Positions 20,558-32,142 of a DNA stretch of 64,000 nucleotides are shown piece after piece. Source of the DNA: Nemertoderma westbladi. Taxonomy: Eukaryota; Animalia; Xenacoelomorpha. Both the position numbers and the translations under genes were made by a program. The stretch is taken from the NCBI GenBank assembly GCA_032718475.1, contig JAUCBJ010007525.1, positions 46,063 to 110,062 of the forward strand, written 5' to 3'. The notes beneath the pieces were generated by a model. That model was given only the letters and a program-made list of their open reading frames with translations. It was not told the origin of the DNA and did not search any database. How positions within the stretch are numbered: the first letter of the stretch is position 1; each line of letters begins with the position of its first letter.

Positions 20558-21844
20558 TCATTGTCGGTGTTCCTCGATGTCCGCGATAATTATAGCCCGA
20601 GTTTTTTTTGGTTGCGCTTTTGATTTTGAAAGGCATTTCTTGGAGAAATGTCCGGATCGACCACAATTATGACAGGCTACTCCAATTGCTTTGCACGGGT
20701 TGCTGTCATCGTGTGGCCATTCGTTGCCACATTTAATACACTCGGGTTTCTTAGGTGTCTCCTTTTCCCGCTGTTGTGAGCGGGACTTTCCTTTATATTT
20801 TTTTGAATATTTTCTACCTCGAGTTCCACTTCCATCAGATTCGCGGCCCCAGTTTATCGAGTCCACCACGTTTACTTTGTGCCGTAGGCGTTCCTCATCC
20901 CGAGCCGCGAGTTCCTCGGTACGGCAAAAGTCGACCGTCGCTTCGCGCGACAGTTCTGGTTTCTTGGCGAGGAGCTTTTGACGAGTTTCATCATCCCGAA
21001 TCCCACAAATGATAAGTGTGGCGATCCACTCATCTTTCATCATGGCCTCGATGTTGGCGTCATCGGCCATTTCGCAAAGTTGAATGTAATAGTCATCGAA
21101 TGACTCCTTGTCACCCTGACGTTGTCGAATGAGTTTGTATCGATTGACAGTTACGATTTGTTGAGCGCGGAGGTGTTCGTGTATTGCAGCCAGAACCTCC
21201 CCCATCATTTTATCTGTATCCTGGGGAATATTGATGGCGTAGTAGACCCGATTTAAAAAGTCGGGACTGCAATATGTGAAGAAGGTGGCAACCTGGTCCT
21301 GCCTAGGTTTACTCTCGAGTTTCGTTATTCTCGCGTAATTTCGCCACCCGACCTCCCACCTTTTAAACGCCTTAAATTCAATCTCGTCTTTAATGAGACT
21401 GGGAGGACGTACTGTAAGTTTAGTACCGTCTCTCCCACCGGAATTGGATGCCGTAAATTCCTGGTTGTTTCTGCCGGAATATAAAGTTGTATCGGCGATG
21501 TGATCGGTATGGAGAGCTTCTAAAAGTCGAGCCTGTTGTTCCTCGTGGCGGGTTTGGAGCATGTCCATTTGGGCGAACAATGCCAGCTGTTGCTGTGCTA
21601 GCAATGCGGCAATGGTATCGGATCCGATTCCAGTTATAGTTGCCTTCGCCGCTTCGGGCGAATCCCCCTCAAGGAAGTTTACCAGGTGTTTTTTAAGGAC
21701 TTTAGAGGACGTGCGATCATTGAATGGTAGACCTGCGTTTCTGAGGTGTATCTTTAATGTCTCGCGAGGTATATCCGCAACCTCGTCTGGGTCGAGGTTT
21801 AGTGTATCGTCCTCGGTAGGCGGGTCCATATTTGTTCCGATCAC
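20558..21844 (-). CDS. Gypsy gag protein with CCHC zinc knuckle
   Basis: QGDKESFDDY...LIICGIRDDETRQKLL; CHNCGRSGHFSKKC. Confidence 0.88.
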   Translation of the reverse strand: MIGTNMDPPTEDDTLNLDPDEVADIPRETLKIHLRNAGLPFNDRTSSKVLKKHLVNFLEGDSPEAAKATITGIGSDTIAALLAQQQLALFAQMDMLQTRHEEQQARLLEALHTDHIADTTLYSGRNNQEFTASNSGGRDGTKLTVRPPSLIKDEIEFKAFKRWEVGWRNYARITKLESKPRQDQVATFFTYCSPDFLNRVYYAINIPQDTDKMMGEVLAAIHEHLRAQQIVTVNRYKLIRQRQGDKESFDDYYIQLCEMADDANIEAMMKDEWIATLIICGIRDDETRQKLLAKKPELSREATVDFCRTEELAARDEERLRHKVNVVDSINWGRESDGSGTRGRKYSKKYKGKSRSQQREKETPKKPECIKCGNEWPHDDSNPCKAIGVACHNCGRSGHFSKKCLSKSKAQPKKTRAIIIADIEEHRQ

Positions 21845-21928
21845 AAGTTAAAATTCCAAATTCCGTTGAATACGCTAATGCTGTAATATCCGGTTATAAA
21901 TTATAAATTGCTACCTCAAACTGTGCCA

Positions 21929-22074
21929 TGGTATGTATCGTACCGCGTGGTTAAGCAAATGCATAATTAATCAGATAGTGTATAATGTTCTGATACACAG
22001 TCAGACAGTGTTGTGTCAACCAAGTACGGGTACAGTACTCATAACTGGTACTTAATAATCCCACCACTGTGACA
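21929..22074 (-). repeat. Gypsy 5' LTR (uninterrupted copy; contains the empty Polinton target site ACTGGT at 22044-22049)
   Basis: TG...CA on the minus strand (TGTCAC...TACCA) followed by PBS-like TGGCACAG; matches 782-902 plus 19232-19256. Confidence 0.7.
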
Positions 22075-22635
22075 AGATATATACTGTATATCCAAAGTCT
22101 CAGTCTACACCAGCGACAAGACAGACAAATAAATATTAATGATATTTTTTCTATTCTATTCATATATTTATATAGATAATTTTTTATATTCACCCAATCA
22201 ACTAAGAATACGTGTAACCAATAGAAAGTGAATAATAACAGTAAATGAGGCAGAATAGATCAGGCTACCTGATCAAAGACACCTGAAAAAAAGATGTGAA
22301 AATTCTGATTGGTGAAAAATAGCGATTTGAAAAATAGTAGAAGTTACCTGCTGCTAAGTGTAGACACTCGAGCACCTGTAAAATAAAGGCTCGCGATTGG
22401 TTGGAAGGAGTAGAGAAGGAGTTTGCTGGGTGACTAATAATGCATCTAGCGGAAAATGCGGGAACTTGGGAGGTTACCATGGTAATGGTTGAAATGCTGG
22501 CTTCTGATTGGTTAAAATAATAACGACCACTGGTAACAGATGAAATGGTGGCTTCTGATTGGAGGAAGGAGTAGAAACATGGTAATGCTGGGCTATGGGT
22601 TACTCTGATCGGAGGGCGAAGCTTCATATACTACT
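22075..22635. mobile_element. Right end (TIR) of a second, diverged Polinton
   Basis: 22311-22635 is collinear with the TIR at 18911-19225 (gtgaaaaatagcgatttgaaaaat..., gcgggaactt..., aataataacgaccactg...) and ends ATATACTACT. Confidence 0.8.
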
Positions 22636-25419
22636 CATATTATCGAAATACTAATGTGTAGGTAACGATACAGGCCTAACAGGTTCTTACCTACTCACTG
22701 GTATGTAAGCCACGACTTCCGGATCCAATCCCAGCATTCGCGTTACCCTATCACCTTGATCTCTTCTTCTCTCATCTTCTTAATCTCGGTATATTCTATA
22801 ACCCTCTCCCAGTGTATAATATACATCGCCAGGCTGTGTTCCTTCGGGGCGATGGCAGTCTCCCGAAGTACGGCCCCACTGGGTTCTCTCCCTCCACTTC
22901 AACTATCGACGGTTCGCTGTCCGTCCTATTTCGACACCTTTGGTTCCCCGTAGCAATGTTTCCTCGCTTATCCCTTTTGCCCTCCTCACATCCTTTACTT
23001 CCAGCATTATATCTACATTCATGAGATCTTGTTTCGATCTCCTAGATGAACCCTACTGTTCTCCTTCTGTCCTCCGAATGGGTTTGACGTTCCCTCATTT
23101 GGCCATTTATGGCATGAACGCTTCATCCTCTACCCAGTTGCACGGCCTCATAGATATTCACCGACCCTCTATTTTCCTCCGTCATTGGAAGCCCCGGTTC
23201 ACTTGACTCACCACACGCATTCCCCACCGACATCTGTGGGGGCATTTATTGCCCCCCCCCCCCCCCCTCCCACCAGTCACTTCTGGTTGCGCCCCCTTCC
23301 CCTCTCTCCCCACGCTCTCTTCCAGTCGACATGTTGCTCCTATCTCCCCTGGGTTCATTCGCCTACGTCTCCCACTGCGTTTCCACGCAGCCGTGTAGGC
23401 CTCCGCCAGGCAAATTATTTACTTCACTATCATATATATTAATTATACCATGATTACTTTCACCGTCATTATTTGTTATATTATTATTTAAATTATTCTG
23501 TTCATCGTTTTTATTAAAATTATTTGAATTATTTACTGTACCAGTATTAATATTATTATTATTCATCAAAACATTATTTCCCTGTAAGAAAAGAATCCTC
23601 TTTAGTAATAGGATTATCAAGTACGGTATTATCAATATTAACGTTCTCATTAAACGTAATGTCATTACCCCCCCCCCCCCCCCCCATCCATCCGGTTACA
23701 CCAGTCTCGTGTTTGCCATCCGGTCCCAGTAAGTGGAGTATTAACAAAAGTTTCCATAACACCTGGTTTCTCATAAATACTTCCCGAACCAGCCTCACTT
23801 TCTGAAAAACCCAGTTTCACCAGTTCTAATCAGCGTCTTTGTTTCACCTGATACTGCAGTAACCCCCTTAACCGGGTATGCATATCATCTCGCATTCTTT
23901 TACCAGCTCTCTCTCTTTCTCTGTCCTCTCTAATACTCTGGTTGGCTAACTCTGTTTCTCTCGCTTCTTGCTCTTTACGCTCATTCACTTCTCTCGCCTC
24001 CCATTCTTTACGCTTAATCACTTCTCTCGCCTCCCGTTCTTTACGCTCATTCACTTCCCTCGCAACCCTTTCTCTATACTCATCTGCTTCCCTCGCAGCC
24101 CTCTCTCTACACTCTCTCACCACCTTCTCGGCCCTCTCTTTACATTCTCTCGCTAACTCCCTTTCCCTTTCTAAAAACGCAGTCCCTTCGTCCAACTGTC
24201 TCTCTAACTCCTTTTGGTCCAACGCAACTATGTTTAGCTAACACGCCAGATCTATCTCTAACACCCTTCTTGCTTTCGCAGAGCATGTAGCGTACTTTTT
24301 GGTTGCAACGGACTCCCGTCGTCTGCCGGTTCTACTACTTTTATTGTGCCTGCTAGTGGTGTTACTGACGGACAACACCGAATCCTCTGGATTCACATCA
24401 GTTTCTTCGTTGTTTGAGCCCCCCCCCCCCCCCCCCCCATCCCACTAACTTAATCCCTTGCGCATCTACCAGATATGGTCCTATGTACACTATACTGTAC
24501 GGCATTATCCCTGATCGCCACAATTCAAACAGTACTGTGGTGACCTCTCTCACCCTCTCATTCGCCAACTCGCCCTGCCCAAATCTGGCTAGATAGTGAA
24601 AGTGTTTATTGCACTCACTGAGTTTGCGGTTTAACTTGGGCTCATCTACCTTTCCTCCTTTCTTGGCATCATTGAGGATCCTTCTCGTAGCGATGTATCC
24701 TCGTTGTAAACAATCACTCGTCGCCACTTCCTCCTCCTGGATATCCTGGTCTCTTCGTCTCATTCGGCGTCGCACCACTGGCCCCAATGTTGCCATTCCG
24801 GTGGGCCGCTCGCTGCCTATAGCCACTGGATGGCTGGTGACCCCGGTGTTCCTCTCGCTGCTCCTGTCCCATGTCGACTTGCATTCCTCATCATCATGTA
24901 CCCATTCTCCTTCCTCCCCCTCCAACCGAACCGTCATCCTTCAGCGAATCCAGTGTGGCGGGCCAGTACCACATCGTCGCTGCCTCCCAAATCGTCTCTG
25001 TCGCTGGGAGTATGCAGCAAACTCCCGCCCTTCTCAGAACTTTGGGGTATCTCTCCTGTTTCACTCATCATTGGCGTTGATGTTGTTGGCGTGTCGTCGG
25101 CATTACAGTTGTTCTTTTATCACGGTTTAAACGGTATTCACATCACTGGTTTGGAGTAGTCGATGGTTTTGACTGTGACGGGATCCGAGTTGGCACAGGA
25201 TCCAGACCAGTGCGTGATGTGTCGTGTCTCATACGCGTCACACTTTGTTGTTGTTGAACGGCTCTAGGCTGGTTTAAGTATAAGAGTTTTAATGGTTTAT
25301 TGTTGTTGATAATGACTGATATATATAGGTACCAGTAATAACAACAGATGATAAAGATAAAGACAACATATGATAAAGATTTGTAGAAAAATCTGGGAGG
25401 GGGAGGGGGTTCTGTGACA
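22636..25419 (-). mobile_element. Decayed BEL/Pao element 5' part (LTR 25174-25419 plus gag fragments), related to the element at 42161-55275
   Basis: ORF 24398-24937 (NKHFHYLARFGQGELA..PYLVDA) is homologous to 42383-43099, and 23830-24222 to 43248-43646. The LTR ends GGATCCCGTCACA like the LTR ending at 55275. Confidence 0.8.
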
Positions 25420-25639
25420 TCAGAAATTGACACTATGTTACGGTTCATGGTGTACTTTGATCACTTGTGAAAAAAATGTTATAGTTTTTATAGGTTTTAT
25501 AGTTTTGTAGTTTTATAGTTTTTTAGTTTTTTTGGGTATTAACAATGTAATATAGAATAGAAAAATTATTTTGGATGAATTGCGAATTGTAAGCGTATCC
25601 ATTCCGTGTAACACACGCCACCTACCGACAGAATGGGGA

Positions 25640-26404
25640 CTACTAGGATCGGCATGCTGCATTGCAGCTGCATTTTTAAGAATGCTGTTCCGGCTTGTCA
25701 ACCAAATTGCGCCGCCACAACTCCCTATCACCCATGACATTTGCTAGATCATCCGCATCTTCAAGGCCAGTGTCCTTTAAGAAGTGTCTCAAGAAAGTCA
25801 TGGGCTGTCCACCATGCTTATTCACTCCATGAGGCCGCCAAAGTACAAGATTATGCACTGGCTGGTCCTCAGGGCGAAAGCCATTGTACTTGACACAATG
25901 AACCCGGCGTGCCAGGTTCATTGTGCTCAATGTGCCATCCAGAGATTTGGTGTCATCAGCAGTTAGAGCCCAGCATGGACTCCCATCGAGGAGTAATTAA
26001 ACTACTGCTGCTCTAAATAATCGGACCTTAAGTTTTCGATTAATTCTCGGTGACTTCCAAATCCTGGAAAGCCTATTTAAGGCTGCCCATGCGTTTCCCT
26101 TACGTATTCGAAGGTCCTCACCTGACTTCCGGATCCATGATCCCAGGTAACAGAAGTCGTCCACATGCTCAAGCATACCATCCTTTGAGCTTATGCTCAT
26201 CCGATCAGAGACTTGCTGAGGACTTTCAAAGTTAACTGTTAAAATTTTGGCCTATCTGGAGTTAATAAAAAGACAAACACTAAAAGCAACATGTTCTAAT
26301 GAGCTGAGGAGCCGTTGGACTCCCTCTAGTGATTCTGAGAGTACTCCTAAGTCATCAGCAAAGTCTAGATCAGTTAGGTACTTGGCAGGATTTCCTCGAC
26401 TTCT
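25640..26404 (-). mobile_element. RTE-type non-LTR retrotransposon 3' fragment (RT C-terminus)
   Basis: LTDLDFADDL, VDDFCYLGSWI, IWKS...KVRLF, LVLWRPHG; same 3' end as the pPolB insert. Confidence 0.88.
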
Positions 26405-26499
26405 GTAGCCAGTAGGTGGCCCATGTGAACTTTCCCAGAGTGCCCAGGAAAGTCGAAATAAAATGGGTCAGGTCGGTCGGTTGGTCGGTCGGTCGGAAG

Positions 26500-27940
26500 G
26501 TGGGATGGTAGGAAGATGGGAAGGTGGGGAGATGGGAAGGTGCGTGGGAAGGTGGGAATGTAGGAATATGGGAATGTGGGAAGATGGGAATGTGGGAAGA
26601 TGGGAATATGGGAATGTGGGAATGTGGGAATGTGGGAAGATGGGAAAGTGGGAAGGTGGGAATGTGGGAAGGTGGGAATGTTGGAATATGGGAAGATGGG
26701 AAGGTGGGAAAATGGGAATGTGGGAATGTGGGAAGATGGGAATGTGGGAAGGTGGGAAGATGGGAATGTGGGAATGTGGGAAGATGGGAATGTGGGAAGA
26801 TGGGAATGTGGGAAGGTGGGTGGGAATGTAGGAAGATGGGAATGTGGAAAGGTGGATGGGAATGTGGGAAGAAGGTAATGTGGGGAGGTGGATGGGAATG
26901 TGAGAAGATGGGAATGTGGGAAGATGGGAATGTGGGAAGATGGGAATGTGGGAAGATGGGAATGTGGGAAGATGGGAATGTGAGAAGATGGGAATGTGGA
27001 AAGATGGGAATGTGGGAAGATGGGAATGTGGGAAGATGGGAATGTGGGAATGTGGGAAGATGGGAATGTGGGAAGATGGGAATGTGGGAAGATGGGAATG
27101 TGGGAAGGTGGGAATGTGGGAAGGTGGGTGAGAATGTAGGAAGATGGGAATGTGGGAAGGTGGATGGGAATGTGGGAAGATGGGAAGGCGGGAAGGTGGA
27201 CGGGAATGTGGGAAGATGGGAATGTTGGAAGTTGGGTGGGAAAGTAGGAAGATGGGAATGAGGGAAGGTGGGTGGGAATGTGGGAAGATAGGAATGTGGG
27301 AAGGTGGATGGGAATGTGGAAGATGGGAATGTGGGAAGGTGGATGGGAATGTAGGAAGATGGGAATGCGGGAAGGTGGATGGGAATGTGGGAAGATGGGA
27401 ATGTGGGAAGGTGGGTGGGAATGTAGGAAGATGGTTATGTGGGATGTTGTGTGGGAATGTAGGAAGATGGGAATGTGGGGAGGTGAATGGGAATGTGGGA
27501 AGGTGGATGAGAATGTGGAAAGGTAAGAATGTGGGAAGTTGGGTGGGAATGTATGAAAATGGTTATGTGGGAAGTTGGGTGGGAATGTAGGAAGATGGGA
27601 ATGTTGGAAGGTGGATGGGAATGTGGGAAGGTGGGTGGGAATGTAGGAAGATGGGAATGTGGGAGATGGATGGGAATGTGGGTAGGTGAGTGGGAATGTA
27701 GGAAGATGGGAATATGGGAAGGTGGATGGGAATGTCGGAAGGTGGGTGGGAATGTTAGACGATGGGAATGGGGGAAGGTGGATGGGAATGTGGGTGGGAA
27801 TGTAAGAAGACGGGAATTAGGGAAGGTGGATGGAAATGTGGGAAGATGGGAATGCGGGAAGGTGGATGGGAATGTGGGAATTTGGGAAGATGGCTGGGAA
27901 TGTAGGAAGGAATGTAGGGAGATCGGAATGTGGGAAGATG
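26500..27940. repeat. G-rich minisatellite (GGGAATGT/GGGAAGAT units)
   Basis: About 1.4 kb of degenerate 8-bp units seen directly. Confidence 0.95.
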
Positions 27941-27949
27941 GTAATGACG

Positions 27950-28450
27950 TTATTTTTACCTACCAATAGAGGGAAAGGAACAGGTTACAGAGGCGGGCTT
28001 TTCTAACCAAAACAATAAGCGATATTGTTACCAATTTAGAGTTAGGAGCAGGTTACAGAGGCGGGCTTTTCTAACCAAAACAATAAACGATATTGTTACC
28101 AATTGAGGGAAAGGAGCAGGTTGCTGTGGCGTGATTTTCTAACCAAAACAATAAACGATAGTGTTACCAATTGAGGAAATGGAGCACGTTACAGAGGCGG
28201 GCTTTTCCAACCCAAACAATTAACGATATTGTTAACAATTTAGAGAAAGGAGCAGGTTACAGATGCGGGCTTTTCTAAACGAAACAATAAATGAAGTTGT
28301 TACCTACCAATCGATTGAAAGGAGCAGGTTACAGATGCAGGCTTTTCTAACCAAAACAATAAACGGTGTTATCTACCAATTGAAGGAGAAGAGTAGTTTA
28401 CAGAGGCGGATTTCTAAACAAAACAGTAAATGTTATTTTTACCTACCAAT
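27950..28450. repeat. ~70-bp tandem repeat, about 7 copies
   Basis: ggagcaggttacagaggcgggcttttctaaccaaaacaataaacg recurs at ~68-72 bp spacing. Confidence 0.9.
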
Positions 28451-30435
28451 CAACCAACCAATTCGCCGTATTCTTTCTTCCTCAAACAATACATATAAAT
28501 TCCAATGGACTAATCGAGTTTTAATAAATCCATGGAGATTATATGGAGGTATTACGTCCCTTTCTATTCTTGAAACATTATAAGGTTTTCTGAATGAGTT
28601 TACCTTAACCAATTGGTCTAAATGTTTCTGTAGTTGTTCGAGTTCAACAAGATCAAGGGGATTTATCAATGGTAGAAACTTTAAACTGTGTGTAGGATCT
28701 TCCGGTTTCACCATATAATATTGAGTTAAATTGACATAATAGGGGTGGTCTTTGATCCCATAGAATGAGTTCGGTAAAGGTCTAGCGCGTAGGTTGACCT
28801 CGTGTACCATATGACGGATAAGATCCGCTCGATTGTCCGGAGGTTCAACGAGTATACCGTCGACACGAGCAGCCTCGATTGGTGGACGTTGTAACATAGG
28901 AGCGTCAGCGATAAGATCTCTAGATCTTAAGTTGATATCAAACGGTTGGGGTTGTACCGTGGTGAAGAGTTTATCTCCGAAATGGGGAACCATCGAAGGA
29001 TGAATGATGGTTTTGGAATAGAGATCCGTCATAAGGATTTGAGCTTCTGGTTGGGCTAAAGCTGCTTCCTCTCTCTCATCCATTTCGATGTGCTTCTCCT
29101 CGAGCTGATTCTCCTCCGCTTGTCGTTGGAAGCGTTCATCCAAGAACTCTTGTAGAGAGTAGGTTCGTACAAGTTCAATATCATCCTCAAGATTCTGGAT
29201 TTTCCGATCGAACTGAGGTAAAGCCAATTCCTTTACCGCTTGGACTTGTTGTTGCAATTGACGTTTGTCTAAACAATCGTAAGTTCCTTTTTCGATCTTT
29301 TGCCGAATAGCGTCTAGCGCATTTCGTACAACACTTTCCTCCACCTCGGTGACAGGTTGTATCGGAGTTAAACCGGGATGATTATACGGGTTGAATGGCG
29401 ATATTAGATGTCTGCGTCCCAATCCGGCTAGGTAGGATGGGCGAATATATAGAGAGTCCACAACCGGAGTGCCACCGACTAATTGTTCGGGTAACACTAG
29501 ATCTTTGAACAATGAGTACAGTTCAGGAGGATCCGTCATACTATTAGGATCAAGAGTCTGAGGTCGCACTAGGGAATGAGGAGGTCTGACCGAGTATTCC
29601 GGAACTCTGATCATAGGTTTATTTAAGGATCGTTTGAGTCGAGCGAGCGTAGGTGATACGTCGAATAAGTTACGCTCAAAACTCCCGTAAGTAAAACTGT
29701 GTTTAGCACAACGTCTCCGCGGATGTTTATGTCTTTCTGTTTGTTGGTTGGGTCTAGGGCATTCATTGCAGTAATACCAAAAACGCACATCTTGTAGGGG
29801 AAACGCTGGTGATCTTTCTCCAGTTTTACAATATTCCTCCATCTGTTCGAAGCTATCCGGTACAACAGGTAGTGGTCGATCGGCGGTAAGATACATCATA
29901 GTAAAATAGAGTCGTTTGAGTTCTATCATAGGGTTATGATGTATGCCTTGAGGATATCGAGTTTCTAGATTTTGTTGACTGGCTACATTGAGATAAGTTT
30001 CTCTCAAGAATTCTAAATATTGAAGTCACTGTGTTTATCCGGCTCTTCAACATCTTCTCTTTCGAGTCAGTTTCGAATAGAAATTTCATGTTCAATTCTC
30101 CTCAGTTTATCATTCCGACTCCGCTGGGCATGATATTTAAATAGAATCATTTCCCTTTCGGTATCTACATCGTCTGTATCGTGTAAATCGACAGGATGAC
30201 CAGTAGTTAAGAAGTCCATATACGTACCATTACGATGCGTATAGCGAGCGGTAAATTTTCTATAGTCCAATTCACGCTTGAGCTGTTCCTTTGACATTGG
30301 CGGTTCGATATAACGGTCATCGTCTTCCGTAGTATGTTGACTAGCATCGCCGCTTATCAAACTATCAACAAACGCTTGCAGTGGTAGGGTGTATCGCTCC
30401 CTGATACCAAGATCATCTTCTATCAACTCAGTCAT
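28439..30435 (-). pseudogene. Orphan accessory ORF(s) downstream of BEL/Pao pol (122 aa + 522 aa, probably one disrupted gene; 3' end truncated by the satellite)
   Basis: Two long same-strand ORFs 60 bp apart; no family recognised; Cys/His cluster YCNEC...HKH...CAKH. Confidence 0.6.
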
Positions 30436-32142
30436 AGCTGCTATATGAGTTTATCGATATTATAGTTAATAATAATCAGGCTAGCGGTCGTCGCTGCCTC
30501 CCCCTCTATGCCCCCGGACAGCGTGAGATACTCAGCGCTGATGTACTGTCGTCGCTGTGCCTCTCGCCAATGTAGTAGCTACACAACGACAACAATAACC
30601 AGCGCGAGTCACTCCACTATCCATCCCAAGGGCTTGGATATACTGGAGGTACTTGCTACAGAGGCAGGGTAACTTTCACAACTGCGACTCGCTACTGTAA
30701 ACCCACTTTAGTAGTAACATTCACCTTTAAAAATACACAAATTCCACATTCCTGCCACAATTTGTACAAATTAGGGCCATTTGTTCGTCAGTCAAATGCC
30801 TTCCAGAATGCCACGTTATTATTATGTATCCCTAGATACTAGCAAGGTGCTATTTATTCCGCATGCTATTCAATGGGGCAAGCTTTCTATTGTTCTTTTA
30901 TCTCGCTTCTAATTCTAGCGTGGTTGTTACTATGGTGACATTATGGAAAGCTAGTGGTAGAATTGGGGTAATTCTCATGCATACAGATCTGGGATGCTAT
31001 TTAATAGTAAATCTTTAATTGTCAATATTCCCTTTATACATGATTTTATGAATTTTATCGGCTATTGACTGTACACTGGAGATTCTCTCACACTAATATA
31101 CTTAATAGGGTGAATCTCCACTCCCATGATCTATTAATTAATGGAATTTTGGGAATGTTATAAATTGTATAAAATGACAATTTATCAAATTCATGAGAGG
31201 ATATGAATTTAAAATTTATTCCCGTGAATTTTATTATTTGATATTTAAATAGACACAATTTTATTCCAGGACATGTCTGGAGACTAGGATCCTTAATTCC
31301 AGAATTTTGTCTTTTAAGAGTATCGGTAAGTACTACGATATCTTAATCGACTAGAATTTTAGAGGATCTAAATTTTAACAGATTTGATTTATAAATTTGA
31401 TATTTAATATTTGGGATGGGCACCGGTTTATTCCAGAACATGTCTGGGGACGTTAACCACTGCTTCTAGAATTTTGTCTTTCAAGTATATCAGTGGTTGC
31501 CGCGATATCTTAATCGACTAGAATTTCAGATGGTCAAAGGGTTCAACAGATTTGTTTGAAGATTTATTAACAGATTTATTTAATAATATTATTAATATCA
31601 ATAATATTTGTTAATATTTTGAGCTTCAACGCTGCTGTTAAATGGACATCATTCTACTATATGTATTATTTAAGATATGGCATGAGAGCAATATTGCAAG
31701 AAGAAATGTCAGTGAGAAAAGGCAAGTCGTTTCCAAGGTCTACCCAGAGCTTGGTTTAGCCGAGACACGAGGATCTGAACTTTGCATTCCTAATACTCTA
31801 CTTACCAATAATACTTAAGTATAATAGGGGCGGTATATTGTACTTTAATAAGTACTGACATTTCATCTTACTGTAGTCACGTATTTATAATATGATACGG
31901 ACAGTAAGGAAAGAGAAAATGAAATTATTTCTTGCCGTTAAACGAAATAAATTATACTAAGTAAAGTAATTAAATAATAAAATACGAATATATTGCACTA
32001 ATCTACTAAATAATCGTTAAATATAATTCTACTAAATAAAATTAAAAAAAACGATTATAATAATAAAATTACATAATAATACACACACAAATATAAAAAT
32101 AAAAAATAAAATAATGTAGTCACACACCCACTCCGAACGTTG

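Noticed and set aside
26463-27969. Several Trp/Gly/Glu-rich ORFs
   Set aside because: Translations of the GGGAATGT minisatellite, open in multiple frames; no evidence of coding.
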